Shown here in pieces: positions 9,598 to 18,629 of a stretch of DNA of 51,129 nt; the first letter of the stretch is position 1; every line of letters begins with the position of its first letter. Source of the DNA: a virus; IMG/VR virus record IMGVR_UViG_3300033412_000644. The stretch is one strand, 5' to 3'. The notes beneath the pieces were generated by a model. That model saw only the letters and a list, made by a program, of their open reading frames with translations. It ran no database searches and was not told the DNA's origin. A program made the position numbers and the translations under genes.

Positions 9598-10095
9598 ATG
9601 TCGAAGATCGCGCGTATGCTGGGTTTCGCGTGGGCACTTCCGCTCACTGTAGCGGGAGCGCTCTACGCCACACTGTTCACCCTGGCGGGTTGGTACAGTC
9701 GCATCGGCCAACGCGGCGATGCCTGGGTATGGCAATTGAGACCTGAGAAGGCACCACCGTGGCTCCTCAAGAAGTGGACTCACTGGGGCGGTCACACCAT
9801 CGGCAACGTCGTCGTCATGAAGTACGATCCCGACAGTGACCGCGGTAGGATCACCCTGCGCCACGAGCAGGAACACGTCCACCAGTGCATGGCGCTGGGG
9901 ATCTTTCAACCCATCCTCTACTACGCAGCGTACCTCGGCCTGCTGACGTGCCGCCACGCTCACCCGTACTACGACAATCCTTTCGAGATCGATGCTCGGC
10001 GGGCTGCGGGACAAGTGGTCGATGTGGTGGGCGCAGTGAGGCGCGCCCACGCCCTGGGCAAGTTGCCCCTGAAGCCACCGGTGAAGCATACTTAG
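9598..10095 (+). CDS. membrane protein with HEQEHxH metal-binding-like motif
   Basis: GGGAGGTG Shine-Dalgarno at 9586-9593 ahead of the ATG at 9598. N-terminal TM helices. HEQEHVHQ motif. Confidence 0.45.
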   Translation: MSKIARMLGFAWALPLTVAGALYATLFTLAGWYSRIGQRGDAWVWQLRPEKAPPWLLKKWTHWGGHTIGNVVVMKYDPDSDRGRITLRHEQEHVHQCMALGIFQPILYYAAYLGLLTCRHAHPYYDNPFEIDARRAAGQVVDVVGAVRRAHALGKLPLKPPVKHT

Positions 10096-10098
10096 ACC

Positions 10099-10929
10099 AT
10101 GCGGATCCGCCTGGGCGACCTTCGCCGGCTCATCATCAATGAATACAGTGACGCTGCCTGTCGTTACGAAGGCGAAGTCATCAAGTCGTTGAAGGTGGCC
10201 GGTGCCAACGGCTACATGAAGCGGGCGGCGTGCAGCGATGCCAGCCGCCCCGACGCCGACATGAAGGTGGAGGGCGAGGTCTACTACGTCGAGGTCAAGC
10301 TGGACAGCAATGCCCGCATGGGTGGTGGCTCCGTTGGCTATTCGGCGTCCGACATGAAGTTCTTCGCCGCCGGGCAGAACCGCGACCTCAGCGAGACCGT
10401 CGTTGCCTTGCTCAATGACATGAACGACACCTCACTGCACAAGGGCCTGCGGAAGTTCCTACAGGTGTTGTCGAAGGTGTCAGGCAAGCAGTTCAATGGC
10501 GTGCCGATCAGTGGTTTCACCGGACAGGCCTGGGCGACTGCCAAGGACATGGGCCTGCTGCAGGCCATCAACCGCAGCTTCGACAGCAGCATCGACGTCA
10601 TCCGCGCCCACTACGCCAAGAAGGACACTCACTACATCCAGATCGGTGGCGCTGGCTTCTTTCACCTGGGCAGCAACCCGGCCAACCTGCCGGTACCGCA
10701 GCTCGAAGGACGCGTTCGCCTGGAAGTGCAACTCTCGATGGCAGGTGGCAAGGAAGGCAGCGACAAGCGCGCCGCCGGCATGCGAGTCTGGGCTCGCCTG
10801 AAGATCAACGGGCAGTCACCGTACTCGATCGACAACCCCGAAAGCGTCGAGGAAATGTTGGCAGCAGCCGGTGCACAGCCCGCACCTGCCGCCAAGCCTG
10901 CGGCCAAGAAGAAGCCTCGGGCCGCCTAG
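10099..10929 (+). CDS. 276-aa protein carrying the shared N-terminal motif (member 2: MRIRLGDLRRLIINE); basic AKPAAKKKPRAA tail
   Basis: N-terminal motif shared with 2938, 32977 and 37937. Confidence 0.5.
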   Translation: MRIRLGDLRRLIINEYSDAACRYEGEVIKSLKVAGANGYMKRAACSDASRPDADMKVEGEVYYVEVKLDSNARMGGGSVGYSASDMKFFAAGQNRDLSETVVALLNDMNDTSLHKGLRKFLQVLSKVSGKQFNGVPISGFTGQAWATAKDMGLLQAINRSFDSSIDVIRAHYAKKDTHYIQIGGAGFFHLGSNPANLPVPQLEGRVRLEVQLSMAGGKEGSDKRAAGMRVWARLKINGQSPYSIDNPESVEEMLAAAGAQPAPAAKPAAKKKPRAA

Positions 10930-10940
10930 TTATCGGCCGT

Positions 10941-12062
10941 ATGGCCGTAACCCCCGCGCAAATCAAGTGGTCATCGTACACGTCGTACGAGGGGCCGTTC
11001 TTTCTCGGCGTCCGGCGGTTCACCCTCCCGGCGAACCCGGACGATTCTGACAAGCTCCTCGCTGTCATCACCGCGACTGAAGGCGGGCACTACGACGCCA
11101 TCAACATGTACGACCGCTGCATCATCAGCGTAGGCATCATCCAGTGGTGTGAGGCAGGGCAATACTCCGTCTCCGGCATGCTGGGCGCCGTGGCCGATCG
11201 GTGTGGCATCAACGTCGTGCTCGAGGCGTTGAAGACGTCGTTGACCGCCGCCAACGCTACCTTCAAGAAAAACTCGAAGGGACAATGGCGATTCTTCTTC
11301 AATGACTCCGGAGAGGTCAACACCGTCGAGAAGCAGCGCCAGCTGTTCTTGGGCTGCAGCGGCCTCAAGGGTTCGTGGACGCCGAATTCGACGGCCAAGG
11401 CCAAGCAGTGGGCCGCAGACATGTGCAACCTCTGGCTGAACGACGAGGCGTGCAAGGCACAGGTCGAGTACACACGCGCCAGGCTGAAGTGGTTCGCCAC
11501 CGTCGATGCCCAGAAGATTCTGTACGACGCTGAGCCCAACGTAGGTTGGGTAGGCGCTCTGCGCGCGGGCTACATCTCATTTGCCGCAAACCTGCCCGCC
11601 GCTGCGTCGGCGCAGTTGAAGCTCGCCGTCGCCAACCTGAAGTCGCCCAAGTGGAGCCCGAACTGGTGCGTCGGCGTGTTGAAGCAACTGACGTTCGGTC
11701 CCAACATCGCCATCTACCCGGTTCGCTACAACGCGATTCGCCCAGTGCTCGAGGCACTGTGGGGCGTCACCCTGCCCAAGACGGCAAAGGACCTACAGGC
11801 CTGGACGGAACCCGAGGCACCCGCCCCGGAGCCTCCGAAGCCCACGCCAGAACCTACACCTCCGCCCCCACCGGCCCCTGAGCCGTCACCGCCACCTGTG
11901 CCACAGCCTGAACCACCCCCGGCACCCGAACCACCTCCCGTGCCGCCTCCTGACCCCATCGTGCCCGTGCCACCACCCACTCCAGCACCTCCCGGGGGAG
12001 TTTTGGGCTTCATTCTGTGGTTGCTCCAGACCATCTTTTCAAAGTTCACGAGGAAGCAATGA
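10941..12062 (+). CDS. possible lysozyme-like hydrolase with long Pro-rich (PEPxP) linker and hydrophobic C-terminal anchor
   Basis: TEGGHYDAIN resembles the EGGY motif of GH108/GH24-type muramidases (weak). About 60-aa PEP/PxP low-complexity stretch at roughly 11.81-12.00 kb. C-terminal GVLGFILWLLQTIF segment. Confidence 0.35.
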   Translation: MAVTPAQIKWSSYTSYEGPFFLGVRRFTLPANPDDSDKLLAVITATEGGHYDAINMYDRCIISVGIIQWCEAGQYSVSGMLGAVADRCGINVVLEALKTSLTAANATFKKNSKGQWRFFFNDSGEVNTVEKQRQLFLGCSGLKGSWTPNSTAKAKQWAADMCNLWLNDEACKAQVEYTRARLKWFATVDAQKILYDAEPNVGWVGALRAGYISFAANLPAAASAQLKLAVANLKSPKWSPNWCVGVLKQLTFGPNIAIYPVRYNAIRPVLEALWGVTLPKTAKDLQAWTEPEAPAPEPPKPTPEPTPPPPPAPEPSPPPVPQPEPPPAPEPPPVPPPDPIVPVPPPTPAPPGGVLGFILWLLQTIFSKFTRKQ

Positions 12063-12859
12063 GCTACACACCCAAGTTGGGCGGCTGGAAGGCCGACCCG
12101 GCATCGACAGAAGACTACAAGTTCGAGGACCACGTTCAAAAGATCGAGGCCGCGGGCACGCCGCAGCTTGAGGTCAACGGCGTACTCGACCTACGAGCGT
12201 GGTGTTCGCCGATCGAGGACCAGGGTCACCTGGGTTCCTGCGTCGGCAACGGCGTCGTCGGCGCCCTGGAGTTCCTGCAGCTCCGCAACGGTCAGCCTCT
12301 GAACGACCTGTCTCGGTTGTTCGTCTACTACAACTCCCGCTTGATGCACGGCGATCAGGACAAGGATGAGGGCACCTTCATCCGCATCGCCTTCGGCACC
12401 TTGTCGTCGCTGGGAACCTGCACCGAGAAGAAGTGGCCGTACGACACGGCGAAGGTCTTCGTCCGGCCGTCGTGGGGTTCGTACCGCGAGGCGTACCCTC
12501 ACAAGATCGACAGCTACTACAGCATCGGCGGCACCGGCCAGACTCGCATCGACTTCGTCAAGCGAGCGCTGCGAGCCCAACACGTCGTCGTCTTCGGCAT
12601 GACCGTCGACCAGGCGTACATGGACTACCGCGGCGGCATCGTAGCGATGCCCAGTCAGACCCGTATGAACACCGGCGGTCACTGCCAGGTCATCGTCGGT
12701 TTCGACGACAACAAGCAGTGCTGGATCGTTCGCAACTCGTGGGGAACCTGGTGGGGCGACAAGGGCTACGCCTACGTGCCCTATGCGTACCTCGATGCCA
12801 GCGAAGCCAACGACTTCTGGGTGCCTTACTTGCCCGGCACTAGCATGGACAACGGGTGA
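12059..12859 (+). CDS. papain-like cysteine peptidase (C1 family)
   Basis: QGHLGSCVGNG (catalytic Cys), GGHCQVIVGFDD (His) and NSWGTWWGDKGY (Asn/Trp) match the C1 active-site motifs in the right order. ATGA overlap with the upstream gene. Confidence 0.8.
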   Translation: MSYTPKLGGWKADPASTEDYKFEDHVQKIEAAGTPQLEVNGVLDLRAWCSPIEDQGHLGSCVGNGVVGALEFLQLRNGQPLNDLSRLFVYYNSRLMHGDQDKDEGTFIRIAFGTLSSLGTCTEKKWPYDTAKVFVRPSWGSYREAYPHKIDSYYSIGGTGQTRIDFVKRALRAQHVVVFGMTVDQAYMDYRGGIVAMPSQTRMNTGGHCQVIVGFDDNKQCWIVRNSWGTWWGDKGYAYVPYAYLDASEANDFWVPYLPGTSMDNG

Positions 12860-12861
12860 AC

Positions 12862-13182
12862 ATGAACGTTCTGAAGGAGTACATCCAGTCGATGCTGGCC
12901 GAAGTTCGCCGTGATGAGAAGTTCATTGCGAAGCTGAAGGGCAGCAAGCGACTTGAACCCGACGTGCCCAACATGGGCAAGCAGGTCGCCGGTGAGTGGA
13001 TGTCCGGCCTAGAAATGGAATTGGGTCGACACCTGACTCGCGGCGAGCAGCGAGACGTGATGCTGTTCGTCAAGTCGAGGTGGGCAGGCCTGATGAAGCG
13101 TTACGGCAATGAAGTGATGGCGCGACAGGCGCTGCTGCAGCAGCTCGACAACAAGTTCAATACGTTGAGGATGGGACCATGA
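12862..13182 (+). CDS. hypothetical protein
   Basis: First ATG follows the upstream stop. 106 aa. Confidence 0.4.
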   Translation: MNVLKEYIQSMLAEVRRDEKFIAKLKGSKRLEPDVPNMGKQVAGEWMSGLEMELGRHLTRGEQRDVMLFVKSRWAGLMKRYGNEVMARQALLQQLDNKFNTLRMGP

Positions 13183-13613
13183 GCATCAAAAGTACATTGA
13201 AGAAGATCGGCGCGACGCTGACCATCGCCGGAGCGACGGCCGCGGCGTGCGTCGGCTGCCCGAAGCAACCCGATCCGGTGACGCCTCAGCCGCCGGTCAT
13301 CACTGATCAGGCATCGTGCCAGGCGGCGTGCGACAACCTGCGGGCGCTGGGCTGCGACGAGGGAAACCCGATCGACACCGGCGCACCCTGCACTGCCAGC
13401 AACCAGTGCCAGTCGGGCCAGACGTGCTCGGCTTTGGGCACCTGCATCGTCAGCTGCGTCCAGTTTTGCATGGACACCGAGAATGCCGGCGTCTGGCTGG
13501 ATCCGGTGTGCGTCAGCAAGATCACCAGCTGCGGTCAAATCGACCAGTGCCCGGCCGCGCAGCCCAAGGCCAAGGCATGCACAGGCAGCGAGTGTCGCAT
13601 CATCGCCAACTGA
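13179..13613 (+). CDS. secreted Cys-rich (lipo)protein
   Basis: Signal peptide ending AAAC, followed by a Pro-rich segment and about 20 cysteines. Confidence 0.45.
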   Translation: MSIKSTLKKIGATLTIAGATAAACVGCPKQPDPVTPQPPVITDQASCQAACDNLRALGCDEGNPIDTGAPCTASNQCQSGQTCSALGTCIVSCVQFCMDTENAGVWLDPVCVSKITSCGQIDQCPAAQPKAKACTGSECRIIAN

Positions 13614-13657
13614 AGACGCTGCGGGTGTACATCCGCGAGGTCCTGGATGGTTTTTCC

Positions 13658-14146
13658 ATGGCCGGCGCCCGTCGCTTCGAGGCTCCTCCGGGCAACCTGA
13701 GGTACGACGCGATGACGACCGGTCAAACGGGAGGCCACATCTTGAGCGACGAACAGGCCGAGCAGGACAAGCAGAAGCAGAAGACGATGAAGGCGGCGAC
13801 GGTGCTGGTCATCGCCGACGACGGCAAGGTGCTGGCGGTCAGCCGGCGCGACGACCCGTCGGCCTTCGGCCTGCCAGGAGGTAAGGTCGACCCGGGCGAG
13901 ACGCTAGAACAAGCTGCGGCTCGTGAGCTCCAAGAGGAAACAGGCCTGACGGCGACCGACCTCCGCCCCGTCTTCACTCGCCAGGAGGATGACGGCTTCA
14001 CCACGACGACGTTCGTCGGCAAGGTGTCAGGCCAGATCAACACCGACGAGGAGGGCGTCATCCGGTGGGTCGACCCCGAGGTCCTGTTCGCGGGACCCTT
14101 TGGCGGCTACAACCGCAAGTTGTTCGCCCAGTTGGGGCTCAAGTAG
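13658..14146 (+). CDS. NUDIX hydrolase
   Basis: Nudix box GLPGGKVDPGETLEQAAARELQEETGL. Start uncertain (13658, 13712 or 13787); the longer upstream ORF overlaps the previous gene. Confidence 0.75.
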   Translation: MAGARRFEAPPGNLRYDAMTTGQTGGHILSDEQAEQDKQKQKTMKAATVLVIADDGKVLAVSRRDDPSAFGLPGGKVDPGETLEQAAARELQEETGLTATDLRPVFTRQEDDGFTTTTFVGKVSGQINTDEEGVIRWVDPEVLFAGPFGGYNRKLFAQLGLK

Positions 14147-14171
14147 CCCACGAAAACGCCTACCTATCGGA

Positions 14172-14846
14172 ATGGTGTCCAACCTTCGACAGTACATTCG
14201 ACTTCTCGTCGAGGCGGCGGTGGGCGGCGAGCAGGCTGCTTCACAAGGTTTGGCGCTGTTCCGGAAGCAACAGGGTCACCAGGTCGTCTACATCCTCTAC
14301 GATGCTAAAGCGCTGGTCGACGCATCTCAGGAGCCCGGCTTCCTGTCGTCCCGGATGTCGAAGCCGATCGATGAGATCCTCTTCGGCTACGTCAAGGCCT
14401 TTCCTCACGCAATGGACAGCTGTTGGAACGCGACCGAAATCAAGTTCTCGGCAGCGACCAAAGGCTACGGTCCGTTGATGTACGACATCGTCATGAGCGA
14501 TAGCGAGGGTGGCCTGATGCCTGACCGCGTCAGCGTGTCGCCCGCAGCTCAGAAGGTCTACCAGTTCTACAAGAAGCGCGGTGACGTTGACGTCAAGCCC
14601 TTCGACGACATCGAAGACCCGAAGACGCCCGACGAAATCGACGACTGCACCTTGATGAACGACCCCAACAAGTTCCTCAACTACGCCTACGATGGTCCCG
14701 GCCAGAGCGGTGCCAAGGCGAAGCTGATGCAGAATCATGAGAAGGTCGTCGATGAGATCGAGAAGAAGGGTGACCTGAAGCGGAATGCCATCGAAGGCAT
14801 CCTGGTCAACATGGGCCACACTTTCTTCGACAAGAAGTATGGGTGA
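14172..14846 (+). CDS. hypothetical protein
   Basis: Internal ATG just after the NUDIX stop. 224 aa. Confidence 0.45.
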   Translation: MVSNLRQYIRLLVEAAVGGEQAASQGLALFRKQQGHQVVYILYDAKALVDASQEPGFLSSRMSKPIDEILFGYVKAFPHAMDSCWNATEIKFSAATKGYGPLMYDIVMSDSEGGLMPDRVSVSPAAQKVYQFYKKRGDVDVKPFDDIEDPKTPDEIDDCTLMNDPNKFLNYAYDGPGQSGAKAKLMQNHEKVVDEIEKKGDLKRNAIEGILVNMGHTFFDKKYG

Positions 14847-14878
14847 AAATCGCTTGCCTCACGGTGTAGTGTCACCGC

Positions 14879-15073
14879 ATGAGCGTCAAAGCTGAAGGAC
14901 CCGAGTACCTGGTCGAGTTGGCGAAGGCGCAGGGAATTGCCTGCGCGACGGTGAAAGACGGCCACGTGTTGGTCTTCACCAAGAGTCACTTGGAGATGCT
15001 GCTGGCGGCGATGGCCGAGAAGCAACAGGACAAGTGCATCGTCTTCGTCAAGCGACCGGAGTTCAACGGATGA
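14879..15073 (+). CDS. hypothetical small protein
   Basis: 64 aa. ATGA overlap with the next gene. Confidence 0.35.
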   Translation: MSVKAEGPEYLVELAKAQGIACATVKDGHVLVFTKSHLEMLLAAMAEKQQDKCIVFVKRPEFNG

Positions 15074-16167
15074 GATTCGAGCCGGGATTCGTCCAGGGAC
15101 TCCGCGACGACCTGAAGCAAGTGCGCAGCGACTACCGCGACCGAGTGGAACGGCTCGGCGGTCTGACGGGTGAAGAGCTCGTCAAGTTGGTCAGCGCACC
15201 GCGGGAAGACCAAGTCGCGTTTCCGGACCACCCAACTCACCGCGACCTCGACACCTACCTCAACGCTGAAGTCCACCGCAGCGTCGGCGTCGACGCGATC
15301 AAGAACGGAGAGGTAGGTTACATCATCCTCGCTGGCGGCGCGGGCACCCGAATCGGTGGGCCCAAGGCGCTGATGCAGCTACCAGGCCTGGGCCTGTCGT
15401 TGCTGGCACAGAAGGTGATGTCGGCCAACGTCGAAGGACACGCTCTGCCGCTGTACATCATGACATCGCCAGGCATGTTGACGGACATCGGCCGGACGTT
15501 GAGCAGCCTGTCGCCCCTGCCTCAAGGCATCGCCTTTGAGCAGTTCGAGTCGTATCGTCTGACTCCCGACAATCGTTTGGCGTTTTTGAAGCCGAACGTA
15601 CCGGACCTTTATCCGACAGGTCACGGCGACGTGGGCATGGCGATCAGGACCTCGGGCGCTTTGGCCGAGAACCCCAACATCAAGCACTTCATCATCGTCA
15701 ATGTTGACAATGTGTGTGGCACTCCCGACCCGATCGTACTGGGTCATCACATCGCCACCAATGCACCGGTGACGTGTGAAGTCGTCGCTCGCAATGAAAG
15801 CGACAAAGCAGGCGGAGTGCTGGCGTGGGTCGACAACATGCTGCAGGTCGTCGAGGCGTTCCGGTTGGAGCCCAGCTTCGTCGAGGACTCGACGTACACC
15901 AACACCAACACCATGATCATCCGACGGGATGTGCTGGAGGCTGACATCACGTGGAAGTGGCACCGCGTCCGCAAGCAAGTCGGGACTCGCCTCGTCATCC
16001 AGCACGAGCGCCTGTTGCAGCAGTACACCGCGCTGCACTCCACGCGTTATGTCGTGGTGCCGCGAGAACAACGCTACTTCCCGATCAAGGATGAGGCTGC
16101 CCTGCAAGAAGCAGGCAAGCTCTTCAATGGCAACCCCATGAAGAGCGTGGTAAAATGCGAACCGTGA
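15070..16167 (+). CDS. UDP-sugar pyrophosphorylase (UDPGP family, UAP1/USP-like)
   Basis: GYIILAGGAGTRIGGPKAL nucleotide-binding loop (LAGGxGTRLG) and PTGHGDV motif. Confidence 0.65.
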   Translation: MRFEPGFVQGLRDDLKQVRSDYRDRVERLGGLTGEELVKLVSAPREDQVAFPDHPTHRDLDTYLNAEVHRSVGVDAIKNGEVGYIILAGGAGTRIGGPKALMQLPGLGLSLLAQKVMSANVEGHALPLYIMTSPGMLTDIGRTLSSLSPLPQGIAFEQFESYRLTPDNRLAFLKPNVPDLYPTGHGDVGMAIRTSGALAENPNIKHFIIVNVDNVCGTPDPIVLGHHIATNAPVTCEVVARNESDKAGGVLAWVDNMLQVVEAFRLEPSFVEDSTYTNTNTMIIRRDVLEADITWKWHRVRKQVGTRLVIQHERLLQQYTALHSTRYVVVPREQRYFPIKDEAALQEAGKLFNGNPMKSVVKCEP

Positions 16168-16595
16168 TTCCGAAAAGGTCGCCGTACGGACTCATCCAAG
16201 AAGACTTGTGGCCCAACGAGTGGCTCATCCTCGTCAGCTGCATGATGCTGAACTGCACGACGAGGAAGCAGGTCGAGAAGGTGCTACCGCCTTTCATCGC
16301 TGCGTGGCCCACGCCTCAGGCGTTTCTGAAAGCTGACCCGGAATCGATCCAGGCGATGATCAGGCCGTTGGGCTTCGCCAAGCGCAGGACGCAGAACCTG
16401 CTGAAGATGACGGAACGCTATCTAGCGGCGCCGTGGGAGCACGCTCACGAGCTGCCGGGCATCGGCGACTACGCGGCCCGAGCGTGGGAGATCTTCTGCC
16501 GCGATACATTGGGCGATGAACCGCCCAAGGATCATGCTTTGGTCCAGTACTGGACCTGGAGGAAGCAACATGAGCAACGCGAGGCGAATCGCTGA
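16155..16595 (+). CDS. MBD4-like HhH-GPD DNA glycosylase
   Basis: LWPNEWLILVSCMMLNCTTRKQ ... ELPGIGDYAARAWEIFC is colinear with the MBD4 glycosylase domain (DPWKLLIATIFLNRTSGKM ... ELHGIGKYGNDSYRIFC). Confidence 0.62.
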   Translation: MRTVIPKRSPYGLIQEDLWPNEWLILVSCMMLNCTTRKQVEKVLPPFIAAWPTPQAFLKADPESIQAMIRPLGFAKRRTQNLLKMTERYLAAPWEHAHELPGIGDYAARAWEIFCRDTLGDEPPKDHALVQYWTWRKQHEQREANR

Positions 16596-16893
16596 AAAGG
16601 CGAAGCCGAAGGCGCCTAGGGCGCCACGTGCCAAGAAGGTCAAGGTCGACCTGTCCAGCTTGCCGGACGCCATCGTCGATGGCAAACTCACCGTGCCCGT
16701 CAAGAGCAAGATCGTCTTTGAGAGGACGATCAACAAGAAGACAGCCGTCCATGAAGGACACATCTGGGGCTTCGATGAAGCGACCGGAGATGTATCGATC
16801 TGGGATGAGACGCGGGGACAGTTCTACGGCTTCAACGTGAGCCAGGCGCACCTGGTCAACGTCAAAGTGTCACCGGGGTCGGGGCTTCCCTAG
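16570..16893 (+). CDS. hypothetical basic protein
   Basis: ATG at 16570, Lys/Arg-rich N terminus. Overlaps the upstream gene by 26 nt. Confidence 0.4.
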   Translation: MSNARRIAEKAKPKAPRAPRAKKVKVDLSSLPDAIVDGKLTVPVKSKIVFERTINKKTAVHEGHIWGFDEATGDVSIWDETRGQFYGFNVSQAHLVNVKVSPGSGLP

Positions 16894-17673
16894 GAAGCTG
16901 CGGATCGACTCCAGGTGAACGTACATCGACGCATTGGGTGCCGGAATCAGCCGTGAGGCGATGCCGCATAGTTCACCGTTGTCATTGAAGCCCGCACCGC
17001 CGGAGTTGCCCTTGTAGACGGGACCCGACACCTGCATCCAGGGGCCGACGACGCCCGACTTGCGAAACGGACGGAAGTCTTCTTCGCGGTAGGCGGCGAC
17101 TGTGGCCGGAAAGTACGTGTAGTACATGCCGACGACGTGGCCGACGATGTGAAGGTTCTCGCCCACCGCCGGTTGAGCGTCCGCGAGACGTGCAACGTGG
17201 TGTTCAGGCATGTCCTTGACGTCCTCAACCACCATGAGCGCCAGGTCATGCGCCTTGTCGTGCTTCAGCACCTTGGCAACGTGGAGCGCCTTGGGCTCCT
17301 TCCAGACGCCGGTCACTTCCTTGTCAACGATGTAGTTGATCTTGAAGCCGTCTTCCAGGTCCTGCACCATCTTCTCGGCTGCATCCTCATCGTCGCTGTC
17401 GCCCATCATCTCGGAGACGACAGCCTCGACGGGAGCTCGAGCACAGTGGTCAGCAGTCAGAATCTTGTCCTTGTCGACCCAGACTCCGGTGCAGAAAGGA
17501 ACGATGTCCTCATCATCGTCCCGGTGAACCAGAGCGACGGTGTCGCTCTTCAGTTCGTCGACCAACGTTGGTCGAGCTTCCGGATGTCTGACTTGGGAAT
17601 GGACACAGCACCCCGCCAGGGCACTGAACAACAACACCAGCACCATCGGCAAGAAGGGCTTCAGATTCTTCAT
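16870..17673 (-). CDS. trypsin-like serine protease (S1), lipoprotein
   Basis: Lipobox signal (LFSALAGC). Catalytic His (TADHCA), Asp, and Ser in GNSGGAGF. Confidence 0.75.
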   Translation of the reverse strand: MKNLKPFLPMVLVLLFSALAGCCVHSQVRHPEARPTLVDELKSDTVALVHRDDDEDIVPFCTGVWVDKDKILTADHCARAPVEAVVSEMMGDSDDEDAAEKMVQDLEDGFKINYIVDKEVTGVWKEPKALHVAKVLKHDKAHDLALMVVEDVKDMPEHHVARLADAQPAVGENLHIVGHVVGMYYTYFPATVAAYREEDFRPFRKSGVVGPWMQVSGPVYKGNSGGAGFNDNGELCGIASRLIPAPNASMYVHLESIRSFLGKPRPR

Positions 17674-17750
17674 AACGACACCTCTGGATCATAGCTATTG
17701 GGTTGCGCTAAGGTTGTCCTGTGGGCGACGTCCAGTGTAGGATCCGCCAC

Positions 17751-18617
17751 ATGCCTGAAGGTCCGGAGCTGGCTCGCAGCCGAGATCATCTGCGAAAATT
17801 GGTGCAAGGCAAACGTCTGCGGACGTTTGGCATCAACCGCAATCACGGCGGCAGCACCGGCGGACGTTACGCCGACAAGGACCCCGAGGGAATGCTGGAG
17901 TTCCTCGGCTCGCTCAAGGCGACCGAGGCCGTCATCGACTCTGTCAACGTCAAAGGCAAGTTCATGTGGTGGACGCTGGCCTTGAAGGACGGCACTGCCT
18001 GGTGGCTGTGGTGCACCTACGGGATGTCAGGGCAGTGGACCACCAACAAGCCTGACAAGCACACCGCGGCGACGGCGTGGGTCGACAACCCCGACGGCAG
18101 TGGACTCCTGGCCGTCAACTTCCGGGACCCACGCCACTTCGGCACTCTCAAGTTCGTCAACAATCAGAAGCAGATGGAGCGCAAGCTGGCGTCGTTGGGC
18201 CCCGACATGCTCAACGACCCGCCTGACACGACCAAGTTCCGCCAGGCGCTGCTCCGCAAGCATGACCGTACGTTGGCTGAGGTGTTGATGGACCAGTCGG
18301 TCGTCAGCGGCGTCGGCAACTACGTCAAAGCCGAGAGCCTGTATCTCGCCGAGCTGTCGCCTCACCGCCTGGTGCGGGACCTCAAGACCGCCGAATTCGA
18401 GCACTTGCGGCAGCAGATCATCAATGTAATGCGCGCCAGCTACAACAATGGCGGAGCAACCATCCGTTCCTACGTGAACGTAGATGGCACCAAAGGCGGT
18501 ATGACAAGCCGCTTTGCGGTGTATGGTAACAAGACTGACCCGATGGGCAACCCCGTAGTGAAGGAAGAGACCGCTGATGGTCGCACCACCCACTGGGTAC
18601 CCACCATTCAGAAGTGA
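17751..18617 (+). CDS. Fpg/Nei family DNA glycosylase (endonuclease VIII-like)
   Basis: Canonical MPEGPEL N terminus (Pro2 nucleophile, Glu3) and an H2TH region. No zinc-finger cysteines at the C terminus. Confidence 0.75.
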   Translation: MPEGPELARSRDHLRKLVQGKRLRTFGINRNHGGSTGGRYADKDPEGMLEFLGSLKATEAVIDSVNVKGKFMWWTLALKDGTAWWLWCTYGMSGQWTTNKPDKHTAATAWVDNPDGSGLLAVNFRDPRHFGTLKFVNNQKQMERKLASLGPDMLNDPPDTTKFRQALLRKHDRTLAEVLMDQSVVSGVGNYVKAESLYLAELSPHRLVRDLKTAEFEHLRQQIINVMRASYNNGGATIRSYVNVDGTKGGMTSRFAVYGNKTDPMGNPVVKEETADGRTTHWVPTIQK

Positions 18618-18629
18618 AAAAGAAAACAC

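Noticed and set aside
11810-12000. Repetitive CCN/GAN-rich DNA that could be mistaken for a tandem repeat or CRISPR-like array
   Set aside because: It lies in frame within ORF 10941..12062 and encodes an imperfect PEPxP low-complexity linker. There is no direct repeat with regular spacers.
13179-13613. o-spanin (Rz1-like) assignment for the Pro-rich, Cys-rich lipoprotein
   Set aside because: At 144 aa with about 20 Cys it is atypical. No adjacent i-spanin with a TM helix plus coiled coil was found, and the lipobox is weak.
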